The notes under the pieces were generated by a model. It was not told where the DNA came from. It did no database searches and saw only the letters and a program-made list of their open reading frames with translations. 39,072 nt of DNA from a virus (taxonomy: Duplodnaviria > Caudoviricetes). The stretch is from positions 1 to 39,072 of the IMG/VR virus record IMGVR_UViG_3300037467_002096, one strand, 5' to 3'. This document shows positions 25,015 through 34,316 of the stretch, in pieces (positions within the stretch are counted from its first letter, which is position 1; each line of letters begins with the position of its first letter). The translations under genes were made by a program, and so were the position numbers.

Positions 25015-27861
25015 ATGGCAGATAATATTAAAAAAACGGTCTTATTAGAAGTAAACCTTGACATAAATAATTTAAATGCTAAGGCTGCAAATATTGCTGC
25101 AGATATTGACCTGATCAAGAAAAAGCAAAAGGAACTTGCTGAGGCTGGAAAACAAAATTCGGTTGAATTTCAGGAGAACGCATCTAAGCAAAGAGAACTT
25201 CAAGCAGAATACCGAAACACAACCAAGCAGATTGATTTAGTCACTAGGGCTAATAAAGCACAGCAAGGAAGCTATGAACAGTTATTAACCAAACATCAAT
25301 TAGCACAAACCCAATTAAAACTCCTTGAAGGTACCCTCAAAAAAAATGCAGATGGAACATTTGATTTAACTGATGCATATAAAAAACAAGCTGAAGAAGT
25401 TGAAAAGGCTAAATCAGCTATAATTAAATTTGATCAGGGTATAAATGACGGACGTTCCAATGTTGGAAATTATACCCAAGCAATCAAGGGAGCATTTTTG
25501 CAAACAGGTGCTTTTGGTGGACAACTTGGAGGATTACAGCAAGCTTTTACAGGAGTAAAGGGTGGATTAGAAACTGCAAAAGTTGGATTTACAAGTTTAC
25601 GCGGTGCTATTCTTGCCACTGGAATTGGTGCCTTGATATTACTTTTATTTGAGCTTGTAGAAGCATTCAAGGCAAATGATACATTAGCAACTTTGTTTAA
25701 AGGAGTAATGACAGGGATTGGAGTTGTAATGGATAATATTCATGCAGCTGTTGCTTCTGTAATTATTGGAATAGCAAATTTTATAAAAAGCTCTTCTACA
25801 CTTTCAAATATTATTAAAGAGGTTGGGTTGCGTTTAATTAACTTTTGGTTAGCTCCATTCAATTTAGTTATGGATTTATTACCTGCTATTAGTGCTGTAA
25901 TGGATGGAGAATTCAAAAAGGCAGCAGGTTTGGCAGCTGATGCAACTGTAAATTTTGGTAAGAGTGTAACTTTTACAAATAATGAGCTTCCTAAGTTTGC
26001 TAAATCATTGGGAGAAGCAGTTCAAGCGGGAATTGATTATGAAAAAGCCTTAGATGATATTGAAGCAAAGCAATCAAAATTGAATGTTAAAATAGCTGAA
26101 CAAATTAATTTAAGAGATGAATTAATATTACAATCCAAGGATGCAAAGAAAACAGAAGAAGAAAGGCAAAAGCTAAATGAACAAGCCGTTGAAGTAGACA
26201 AGCAAATATTAAAACAAAGGCTTGATTTATTAGACCAGGAAATTGAAGCACAACAGAAATATATATCTGCATTAGGTGAAGATTCAGTTAAGCGTGAAGA
26301 CGCTGAATTCAGATTAAACGATCTTCAAGTTAAAAGACTTGAATTCCAAAATGAAGCAATTCGATTTGAAGAAATAGCTCAAAACAAAAGAAATGCATTA
26401 ATTGAAAAACAAGCAAAGGCCGAAGAAACCGCTTTCAATAATAGAGTTAAAAATTTAGCTGATGAAGAAAAGCTTGCAATTCACCGCGCAACTTTAGAAG
26501 GTGCCACTCAGGAACGGATAATTGGAATTCAAGAGCAATTCAATTTTAAACGAATTCAATTATTCAAGGATTACAATAAAACCAATGAAACCGAATACAA
26601 AGAGTATTTATTAAAGGTTGAGGATCTTGAACATGAATACTCAGCTTTTCTAGTCGCTGAAGAAAATAAAAGGCTTGAGGAAATTTCCAATCATAGAGAT
26701 TTAATACTTGCTGAACTTGATAAATCATTTAAAGAAGAAAATAATTTATACAAGCGAAATTTTCTTGAACAATTAAACCTTCTTACTGATAGATATCGGA
26801 CCGGTGCAATTACAAGAGAACAATTTGAAAAAGAATCTGCTAATCTGACATTTTCCATTCAACAAGATTCATTGAATAGAGAAATTGAACTGATTCAACA
26901 GAAATTATCCGTTGAACATCTTACCTATGATCAAAGAATTGATTTAGAAAATCAACTATTATCAAAAAAGGCTGAATTAAATAAAGTTGAATTGGATGAT
27001 TTTATTAAAAAAGAGGATGATAAAACCAAAAAGCAAAAAGAAGAAGAAGCAAAAAGATTAAAATTAATTTCTGATACTGAAAATGGAATCCAGACCATTT
27101 CAAGTAACCTTTTACAAGCTGATCAAAACCTTAATCAAGCTAAATTAAACGAGCGAGAAGCCTACCTTGATAAGCAATTGAAAAAAGAATTGGCAGCTGC
27201 TGGAAACAATGCTGCAAAGAAACAAGCTATTCAAAATAAATATGATAAGCTTAAACAGGAAGCAGAAAAGCAAAGCGCAATTAAATCAAATGAGATTGCA
27301 AAAGTTCAGGCTTTTGTGAATGGTGCCTTGGGAGCAACTAAAACAATAGCCCAACTAGGTTTTCCTCTTGCAATTCCTTTTGTAATTGCTGAAGGAGCTG
27401 CTGTATTATCTCAAATTGCATTAATCCAAAGTCAATCAGATAAATTGGAAGATGGTGGAATTATCAAAGCTGGACTAGGTAGAGTTATTGGAGGTAAGCC
27501 TCACAGCCAAGGAGGAACCAAATTCTTTGGAGAAGATGGAAGCGTTTTTGAAGCCGAACGCGGTGAATTGTTAGCCGTAGTAAATAAACATGATACTCCT
27601 CTTTTATCATTGCTTTCAAGCGTAAATTCAATCCATGGAAGACCTTTCTTTGAAACCGGTGGAGTAGCTTTCCACAGCTCTTATCTTGCTGATGGTGGAT
27701 TTGCTGCAAGGGCAAATACAATTCCTGTTGTAGACAATATCCAAACAAGGAATGATATTTTATCATTTATTGGTGCCATGCCACGTCCTGTGGTATTTGT
27801 AGAAGATATCAAGACAGGCCAAGACCGAGTTACAAAAGTTCAATCCCGCGCAAACGTATGA
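25015..27861 (+). CDS. Tape measure protein
   Basis: 948 aa helical, SNVGNY, ILATGIGAL TM region, GKPHSQGG..EAE.GE C-terminus. Confidence 0.88.
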   Translation: MADNIKKTVLLEVNLDINNLNAKAANIAADIDLIKKKQKELAEAGKQNSVEFQENASKQRELQAEYRNTTKQIDLVTRANKAQQGSYEQLLTKHQLAQTQLKLLEGTLKKNADGTFDLTDAYKKQAEEVEKAKSAIIKFDQGINDGRSNVGNYTQAIKGAFLQTGAFGGQLGGLQQAFTGVKGGLETAKVGFTSLRGAILATGIGALILLLFELVEAFKANDTLATLFKGVMTGIGVVMDNIHAAVASVIIGIANFIKSSSTLSNIIKEVGLRLINFWLAPFNLVMDLLPAISAVMDGEFKKAAGLAADATVNFGKSVTFTNNELPKFAKSLGEAVQAGIDYEKALDDIEAKQSKLNVKIAEQINLRDELILQSKDAKKTEEERQKLNEQAVEVDKQILKQRLDLLDQEIEAQQKYISALGEDSVKREDAEFRLNDLQVKRLEFQNEAIRFEEIAQNKRNALIEKQAKAEETAFNNRVKNLADEEKLAIHRATLEGATQERIIGIQEQFNFKRIQLFKDYNKTNETEYKEYLLKVEDLEHEYSAFLVAEENKRLEEISNHRDLILAELDKSFKEENNLYKRNFLEQLNLLTDRYRTGAITREQFEKESANLTFSIQQDSLNREIELIQQKLSVEHLTYDQRIDLENQLLSKKAELNKVELDDFIKKEDDKTKKQKEEEAKRLKLISDTENGIQTISSNLLQADQNLNQAKLNEREAYLDKQLKKELAAAGNNAAKKQAIQNKYDKLKQEAEKQSAIKSNEIAKVQAFVNGALGATKTIAQLGFPLAIPFVIAEGAAVLSQIALIQSQSDKLEDGGIIKAGLGRVIGGKPHSQGGTKFFGEDGSVFEAERGELLAVVNKHDTPLLSLLSSVNSIHGRPFFETGGVAFHSSYLADGGFAARANTIPVVDNIQTRNDILSFIGAMPRPVVFVEDIKTGQDRVTKVQSRANV

Positions 27862-28112
27862 TGATAAATTTAATCAACAAGCTTGAAACGGAATTCGGGC
27901 TTATGAACCTATATAAAAAAGGAATTATATCATGGTCCATCCTACGAGATAGAGATATCTATTTAAAATACGATATCTATATTAAAAAAGGGAAAAGCAT
28001 AATGGATGCTAAACACCTAACCGCTGAGGACTTTAAAGTTGGTTTTGATACTGTTCACCGTGCAATTGAAAAAATGAAAGCAGATGAAGAAAATGGTAAT
28101 TCATCTAAATGA
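27858..28112 (+). CDS. Small HTH protein (possible late regulator)
   Basis: LTAEDFKVGFDTVHRAI HTH-like. Confidence 0.6.
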   Translation: MMINLINKLETEFGLMNLYKKGIISWSILRDRDIYLKYDIYIKKGKSIMDAKHLTAEDFKVGFDTVHRAIEKMKADEENGNSSK

Positions 28113-28689
28113 TGGAACAAATCAGGCTGATATCAGAAGAAATTCTTTTAATTATGAGCTAGGAAAATTTTTTAAAGATTATGAAGTATTTCCTGGAATC
28201 AAAAAAGATCCTGGTCATGTGGGAATAAGTGAATCATTTAAAAAGTTAATATCAGAAAATTATAATGAACCTCAATTAACAATATTCGAAGATGATGTAA
28301 AATTCACTAGTTCAAATTCTTGGGAATTATTTACAAAGGCTTTCATATCTCTTCCTGATAATTGGGATATTCTGCTTGGAGGTTCATATTGGTTTGAAGA
28401 AAAAGAGCAAGTAAGGAATTTAATAAAGGTTGGTGATTTCTGTTCTCTTCACTGTATTATAGTTAGAAATAAAGCTTATGATCATTTCCTTTCTCATGAT
28501 CCTAATATTATTCCGGACATTGATCGTTTTCTTGGTTCACTTTCTAAAAAAGGTATTTTGAATGTGTATTTGGCTAATCCAATGATTGCAGTTCAACACA
28601 ATGGATTTTCATATCATCAGGGGAAGAATGTAAACTATGATCACCTTTTAAAAGATAAAAATATCTTACATTCCTCGAATGGTAAATAA
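28084..28689 (+). CDS. Glycosyltransferase, GT25-like
   Basis: R...F, GISES, IFEDDV, LPDNWDILLGG, LHCIIV, DID, IAVQH.GFS. Confidence 0.8.
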   Translation: MKKMVIHLNDGTNQADIRRNSFNYELGKFFKDYEVFPGIKKDPGHVGISESFKKLISENYNEPQLTIFEDDVKFTSSNSWELFTKAFISLPDNWDILLGGSYWFEEKEQVRNLIKVGDFCSLHCIIVRNKAYDHFLSHDPNIIPDIDRFLGSLSKKGILNVYLANPMIAVQHNGFSYHQGKNVNYDHLLKDKNILHSSNGK

Positions 28690-29337
28690 AATCGATTCTG
28701 GAAGGTTGGAATTGTAATACGAAACTAACTTTCCAAGTTCATCAATATTCATTCCAAGCTTATTGATTATAATACTTGCAGCGCTTTGATCCTGTCTATG
28801 CCATAAAAAGCGCGGATCTTTGCTTTGATTATCATGTTCCCGTGATCCTGAAAAGGCTCCATTCTTTCCGGATTCAATCCATTCAAAAATAAATTTGTTA
28901 GCTAATTTATTATTTAGGTTTATTCCCATAATTCCGGTGCCAGCAATTTTCCAACCTTCCGCAATATCGCGGGAAACTCCAAAATAATTAAGACAGTTAT
29001 CATTGCACTCCTGACCGCAATTGTAGCCATTATTTACAAAGTAATACCCTTGATCATTAATGATATCAAAAATTGAATTTGGGTTATTAATAGCCCAAAA
29101 TGAACTATCTAACCAAAGGATATGAGTATATCCTCTTTTGATTGCTTCTTCAAATGCTGCAGGTTTTACATTGTAAGGACAATTCTTATCATAATTGTTA
29201 TTTGGCCAAGTGGTCCAAGTTAAAATATCCCAGTTGAAACCGTGATGAATCAAGCTTCTGATCAATCGCTTTTGTCCTTGTGGGTACCATCCACCAAGTG
29301 CAACGTTTATAATGCATGCCTTAACCTTTGATTCCAT
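28666..29337 (-). CDS. Nucleotide-diphospho-sugar transferase (GT-A fold; GT77/DUF1647-like)
   Basis: YNVKP, ILWLDSS, HRQDQS; ATG 29337 overlaps the upstream stop. Confidence 0.7.
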   Translation of the reverse strand: MESKVKACIINVALGGWYPQGQKRLIRSLIHHGFNWDILTWTTWPNNNYDKNCPYNVKPAAFEEAIKRGYTHILWLDSSFWAINNPNSIFDIINDQGYYFVNNGYNCGQECNDNCLNYFGVSRDIAEGWKIAGTGIMGINLNNKLANKFIFEWIESGKNGAFSGSREHDNQSKDPRFLWHRQDQSAASIIINKLGMNIDELGKLVSYYNSNLPESILFTIRGM

Positions 29338-29911
29338 ACTTGAAATTAAATTCTTCCGATTTGTATCTATAAAAATACAACTGTTTATTAATAAACTCCT
29401 CCCGTAACAATAAAGGAGTAACCCGCTTTGAGAAATCATGATCCTCAGCATATCGAAGATCTTTAAAACCACCAGCTAAAATTGCTTTAGATCTTAACAT
29501 TGGTGTTTTGTGATAAGGTGATCTTACAGCAAAGAAACCATCAACATTATCTTTCCATTCCCTGTATTTCAAACTTAAACAACATATTTTTTCAGGTCCA
29601 TCATCGAAGGTGCAATTTTGAAGAAACCCAATACAATCAGGATTTGATTTTGTGGCATTTAAAATATCCTCCAAATAAGTTGGTCCAATAAAATCATCAT
29701 CATCAATGAAAACAATATACTTTCCTTTTGCAGCTTCCAAAAGCTTCTGTCTTTTGGCACCAATCGAAATTTCCTTGTTGTCTTTAATAGTAATCATCTC
29801 AACTTGAAATGCAAATTCCCCTTTAGGCTCTTGCCTGAGTAATTCTTTTACTAATCTTTCATAGGATTCTTCTCTTCCTTGAATAGTTGGAATTAAAATT
29901 GATAGTATCAT
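29321..29911 (-). CDS. Glycosyltransferase family 2
   Basis: LSILIPT, IGAKRQKLLEAAKGKYIVFIDDDD, FKDLRYAEDHDF. Confidence 0.9.
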   Translation of the reverse strand: MILSILIPTIQGREESYERLVKELLRQEPKGEFAFQVEMITIKDNKEISIGAKRQKLLEAAKGKYIVFIDDDDFIGPTYLEDILNATKSNPDCIGFLQNCTFDDGPEKICCLSLKYREWKDNVDGFFAVRSPYHKTPMLRSKAILAGGFKDLRYAEDHDFSKRVTPLLLREEFINKQLYFYRYKSEEFNFKYGIKG

Positions 29912-30580
29912 TTATAAAAAGTTTTTAGAAAGTCTTTTTGAATAGTTTTGTTTATCAGCATCCCAATATTTATTATTTGTAGTGTACAAAGAATCAACAG
30001 GAACACCTTTTCCCCAATTTGGATGTTGATGGGAAATAATAATCTGATCTATGAAAATCATTTTTTTCTCCCGAAGAGCAATATCAGTGAATTCATTATC
30101 ACAAAAGAATGAATAATAACTTGGATGATATAGGTATCCAAAACGATCATAATATTTTCTTCCAACACAAGAAAGGGTACAAATTACTTTTTGATATCCA
30201 TCATGGTACCACAAACACCCATCAGTATCAGCAAAGTTTTCTATAAAGTTGTTCCGGATAATTTCATCCCATCCTTCAGCCTGGATGAACATATCATCAG
30301 AAATTAAAAGGCAGATATCCCAAGGATCAGTAATAAATTCTATATCCCTGTTACATGCATGAATTTTACTTTTACTGTGATCAGGGATGCATATGACATT
30401 ATTTCCAAGTGATAAAGCTTTTTCAATAACCTCATCAGTCATGGATTCGTCATCCAAATCATAGGAAATTAAATATGTGATGTTCTGATTGTTTGAAGCT
30501 TTTTTATAATACTCAGATAGAGTTTTTAAAAATAGATCCGGACGGCTTCTGGTCGGATACTTTACAAGAATGTTATACAT
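29912..30580 (-). CDS. Glycosyltransferase, GT2-like
   Basis: KYPTRSRP, KIHACN, LLISDD, FFCDNE, HQHP. Confidence 0.85.
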   Translation of the reverse strand: MYNILVKYPTRSRPDLFLKTLSEYYKKASNNQNITYLISYDLDDESMTDEVIEKALSLGNNVICIPDHSKSKIHACNRDIEFITDPWDICLLISDDMFIQAEGWDEIIRNNFIENFADTDGCLWYHDGYQKVICTLSCVGRKYYDRFGYLYHPSYYSFFCDNEFTDIALREKKMIFIDQIIISHQHPNWGKGVPVDSLYTTNNKYWDADKQNYSKRLSKNFL

Positions 30581-30583
30581 GCC

Positions 30584-30591
30584 CAAAACTA
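30584..30591 (-). promoter_or_regulatory. -7 box TAGTTTTG three bases before the GT start codon (leaderless-type promoter)
   Basis: Minus strand reads TAGTTTTG-GGC-ATG. Confidence 0.45.
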
Positions 30592-30637
30592 CATTTTAAC
30601 ATATTGTACCATTTTGCAAAAATGTGCAAACTGTCAT

Positions 30638-30659
30638 GATAGTAATCCTTATACATTTG
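30638..30659 (+). promoter_or_regulatory. Candidate late promoter GATAGTA-N7-TACATTTG for the head operon
   Basis: TAnnTTTG box 12 bp upstream of ATG 30672; matches the 19039-19060 motif. Confidence 0.55.
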
Positions 30660-30671
30660 ATTCAATTAGTT

Positions 30672-31844
30672 ATGATAGGACACATTTACATATCAGGTTT
30701 AATAGGCAGCTTTCTTGATGAAAAAGGCATTGAGTTGATTGATGTAATATCTGCAACCCAGAAATTTAAAGATGCTGATCAATTGTTTGTATACATTGAT
30801 AGCCCTGGGGGAAGTATTCAAGTAGGTGACAACATCTACGAATTTTTAAAATCGCTTCCGCAAAAAGTTACAACTGTTGGTGTTGGAATGGTTGCATCAA
30901 TTGCAACTAAAATCTCATTTGCCGGTGATGAAAGAATTATGATTGTAGGACCAGGGAGTGAATATATGATTCATAATCCTTGGGTATCGAATGTGAGTGG
31001 AGATGCTGATGAATTGATCATTGCAGCTGAGGACATCAGAAACGAGGAAGATAAATTAATTTCTTTCTATTCTGAAAATACAGGCATCTCAAGAGAAGGA
31101 ATTGCAGCGCTAATGAAAGCGGAAACCTTTTTAACTCCTGAAAGAGCTTTAGAACTTGGATTCATTACAAAAATAATGACCATGGAAGAAGCTCAACAAA
31201 ATGGAATGATCCTTCCTAACAAAAAGCTTAATAAAGTTAAAGCCTTAGCATTTAAGGAAAAACAAAAAGAAAAAATGAGCAAAGAAATTTTAAGCAAGCT
31301 TGACCAGACAATTGAAATGCTGGGTAAGTTTATTGGAATCAAAAAAGAAGAGAAGCCTGAAAAGAAAGCTTTGATTCTTCAGGATTCAAACGGAACGCAA
31401 CTTGAAATAACTAATGCAGATGGTTCAGACATTACCGGAAATCCTGCTAAGGGCAACATGGTAACAGTTGATGGAAAACCTGCTGATGGAAGTTTCATAC
31501 TGGCTGATTATGGTGTTACCATAACTGTTTCAGCTGGAACAATCACCGATGTTGTGGAAACTAAAAACGTCGAAGATGAGCCAGAAATGGAAGCATTGAA
31601 AAAATCAAAGGCTACTCTTCAAGAAGAGAATAAAAATCTTAAAGCTGAACTTGAAGAGATGAAAACCACCAATAAAGAAATTGCAGATAAGTTTTCATTG
31701 GTTGAAAAAGCATTGAAAACCATTCAAAGCAATTATAATCCTGGTGGTAAAGAAAACCATTTTAGAAAAGTTGGTGATGATACCAATGAGAAAAAAAACA
31801 TAGCTTCTGAAGCTAAGGAAAGAAGAAAAAATTACAAATCTTAA
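30672..31844 (+). CDS. ClpP-like (S14) head maturation protease fused to a scaffold-like C-terminus
   Basis: IDSPGGS, VASIA (Ser), MIHNPW (His), ETFLT..RALELGF; coiled-coil C-terminus. Confidence 0.9.
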   Translation: MIGHIYISGLIGSFLDEKGIELIDVISATQKFKDADQLFVYIDSPGGSIQVGDNIYEFLKSLPQKVTTVGVGMVASIATKISFAGDERIMIVGPGSEYMIHNPWVSNVSGDADELIIAAEDIRNEEDKLISFYSENTGISREGIAALMKAETFLTPERALELGFITKIMTMEEAQQNGMILPNKKLNKVKALAFKEKQKEKMSKEILSKLDQTIEMLGKFIGIKKEEKPEKKALILQDSNGTQLEITNADGSDITGNPAKGNMVTVDGKPADGSFILADYGVTITVSAGTITDVVETKNVEDEPEMEALKKSKATLQEENKNLKAELEEMKTTNKEIADKFSLVEKALKTIQSNYNPGGKENHFRKVGDDTNEKKNIASEAKERRKNYKS

Positions 31845-31858
31845 ATCTTTGAATATTT

Positions 31859-32920
31859 ATGTCAGTTATAGATGTAAGTGAAATTACTTTTAATGGTGAA
31901 GAGATTAGATCTCTATCAGAGGCCATTTACGAAAAGGTTTTTAACAAACCAGCTTATTCAGAATTCCATACTATCGTTCCAGGTATTGAAGCAAAAAAAC
32001 AAATTGCTCTTCTTGGAAGATTAGGATTGATTGGTAAAAAAGGAACAGGTTGTAATCCAACTTCAGGTTCTTTCAATATTCCAATGTCAGAAAAATTCTG
32101 GAATCCTGAAGAAGTTGAAGTTAGACTTGAACAATGTTATAAAGATCTTCAAGAATCTTTCTTTGTTTATGGTCAACAAAAAGGTATTGCAAGACCTGAT
32201 TTAACTGCAAGTGATTTCATGAATTTTATCGAAGATAGAATGAATGATGCATTAGAAGAAGCAGTTTATAGAATTGCTTGGTTTAATGATACTGATGCAG
32301 ATCTTGTTACCGCCTCGCCTGCAGGAAAGTTAACTGCGGGAACTGATAAAACCTTCTTTAATATTATAGATGGTTTCTGGAAGCAGATTTTTACAATTGT
32401 TACCGCTGATTCCTCAAAAAGGTATACAATTACAGAAAATGCAGCTGGTTCACATTCGGCACAAGATAACCTTGCTTCTGATGCTGCTCTTAAAGCACTT
32501 AGAGCATTGTATCAAAATGCTGATAAAAGACTTAAAGGTGATCCAAATAAGGTGTTTGTTATTACAGATTCATTGTATGACAATCTTGAAACATATTTGG
32601 AAAGTCAGCAAGTTAGCTCTTCATTTGACAGAATCGAAGCAGGTTCAAATGGTCTAAGGTATAGAGGCGTTCCAATAATCAAGTTTGATTTCTGGGATAG
32701 ATATATCAGAGCATATTTTGACAATGGTACAACATACCACTTGCCACATAGAGCCGTGTTGACTACAAAAGAGAATTTGCAAATTGGTGTTGAATCAACT
32801 GATTCACTTTCCAAGCTTGATATCTTCTATGATAAGAAGTCAAAATTAAACTTTGTTGATTCACTATTTAAGATAGATTCTAAAGTAGTTGAAGATTACA
32901 TGGTTCAAGTAGCTTACTAA
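31859..32920 (+). CDS. Major capsid protein
   Basis: 353 aa directly after protease/scaffold; DGFWK, LRYRGVPII and ENLQIG are consistent with an HK97-fold MCP. Confidence 0.8.
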   Translation: MSVIDVSEITFNGEEIRSLSEAIYEKVFNKPAYSEFHTIVPGIEAKKQIALLGRLGLIGKKGTGCNPTSGSFNIPMSEKFWNPEEVEVRLEQCYKDLQESFFVYGQQKGIARPDLTASDFMNFIEDRMNDALEEAVYRIAWFNDTDADLVTASPAGKLTAGTDKTFFNIIDGFWKQIFTIVTADSSKRYTITENAAGSHSAQDNLASDAALKALRALYQNADKRLKGDPNKVFVITDSLYDNLETYLESQQVSSSFDRIEAGSNGLRYRGVPIIKFDFWDRYIRAYFDNGTTYHLPHRAVLTTKENLQIGVESTDSLSKLDIFYDKKSKLNFVDSLFKIDSKVVEDYMVQVAY

Positions 32921-32937
32921 AATAGGAGGAAAAAATC

Positions 32938-33519
32938 ATGAGCGGAAATTGCGGAAAAATATCTGAAAGTATCCTCATTGATTGCGCTAATCCATTAGTC
33001 GGAGGTGTTAAGGACCGTTTGGTCCTTTTCAACTTCGAAGATCAGAGTGTAATCACTAGAGATGGAACGAACCCACAGTTGATAACTGGGATTTCGTTAA
33101 CTACTTCCCCGGTTGCAAAAGCATACCAATTTGAAGGGAAGAATCACTCCAATGATGTTAAATCAACATTGGTTAAAGGAAAGTATTCAGAGAATTACGA
33201 CCATGAAGTTATTTTCAGAATCTTTGGTAATAGTGCAGCTATTAAAAAGCAAATAGAAGCAATGGCCAAAGGTAAATTTGTTGCAATTATTGAGAATAAC
33301 TTCAAAGGGAATGGTGGTGATGCAGCTTTTGAAATCTTTGGTTTAGATGTTGGACTTGACCTTATGGCCATGGAAGCTAACAAATCAGACCAGGATACAC
33401 AAGGAGCGTATGTTCTTACATTGAGAACACCTGACACGTTTAAAGAACCTCATTTACCGGCTTCTTTATTCTTGACAGATTACGCAACAACAAAAGCGAT
33501 TGTTGATGCTCTTCTTTAA
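32938..33519 (+). CDS. Major tail (tube) protein
   Basis: C....GG N-terminus, YDHEV.F, FVAIIE, FG...GL; follows the MCP, strong terminator downstream. Confidence 0.65.
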   Translation: MSGNCGKISESILIDCANPLVGGVKDRLVLFNFEDQSVITRDGTNPQLITGISLTTSPVAKAYQFEGKNHSNDVKSTLVKGKYSENYDHEVIFRIFGNSAAIKKQIEAMAKGKFVAIIENNFKGNGGDAAFEIFGLDVGLDLMAMEANKSDQDTQGAYVLTLRTPDTFKEPHLPASLFLTDYATTKAIVDALL

Positions 33520-33541
33520 TAGTTAGAATATATGGTTTGTG

Positions 33542-33574
33542 AAAAAAGCAGTTTGGTTTCAAGCTGCTTTTTTT
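33542..33574. terminator. Bidirectional intrinsic terminator
   Basis: AAAAAAGCAGTTTG-gttt-CAAGCTGCTTTTTTT. Confidence 0.85.
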
Positions 33575-33633
33575 CTAAAAAATAGAATCAATTCTTCTTG
33601 TATCAGAATAGTTGTTTTGTAAATATTTCCAGC

Positions 33634-34314
33634 ATGGTTGAAAAATGGAAATCGATTATTTCAAAGGGTGTTCAATACAACATTGACAACCCAAGAGAAA
33701 TTACTGACTTTTTCAAATCGGTTTTCAATGAGGATCTTTGCCGTTACTGCCCTGGTAAAATCCACGATAAATTTTTGGAGCTTTCTCAATTAAATGAACA
33801 TAAATTAAATTCTATGCTAGAAAGAAAATACAGAATGTTGCCTGGTAAGTTAATTGATACTTACAACAGTTCAGAGCTGCCACAAGGTCATTGGACCGAT
33901 AAGAATATTACCGATGAAGTTGCCGAAAAACTTATCAAAGCTGGTTTCGGTAAATTTTTCAAAGGAAATCCAACCCTTGAAGAAAATCCAATTGAAGAAC
34001 CTACAGGAGACGAAGGTAATTCAGGTAATCAATCAGGAAATACATCTGACCAAAATGATCAAAAAGGTACTGGTGAACTAACTGCAGGTGACTTGGCTAA
34101 CATGATAACAGCTTCTGATTCACAAGAACCGGTGATCATTAAATTAGGTCAGGAGCAATCACAAGTAGATTCACCTGCTCCTGTTGTAATTGATCTTAAT
34201 TCAAAATCATTTAAAGATCTTGTTCAGATTGCAACTGAAAAGCAGTTACCACAGACGGAATGGAAAACTAAAAATAGAGCTGCTTTAATAGCTTATTTAT
34301 CTGATAAAATTTAA
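33634..34314 (+). CDS. Protein with N-terminal CxxC, low-complexity linker and C-terminal HeH/LEM (Rho-N-like) module
   Basis: CRYC; G/N/S/Q-rich linker; SFKDLVQIATEK...NRAALIAYL. Confidence 0.6.
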   Translation: MVEKWKSIISKGVQYNIDNPREITDFFKSVFNEDLCRYCPGKIHDKFLELSQLNEHKLNSMLERKYRMLPGKLIDTYNSSELPQGHWTDKNITDEVAEKLIKAGFGKFFKGNPTLEENPIEEPTGDEGNSGNQSGNTSDQNDQKGTGELTAGDLANMITASDSQEPVIIKLGQEQSQVDSPAPVVIDLNSKSFKDLVQIATEKQLPQTEWKTKNRAALIAYLSDKI

Positions 34315-34316
34315 TA

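Noticed and set aside
28666-29472. Longer ORF-track starts (29472, 30586, 30624, 33598, 3176)
   Set aside because: They overlap neighbouring genes or promoter boxes; downstream ATGs fit coupling and domain starts better
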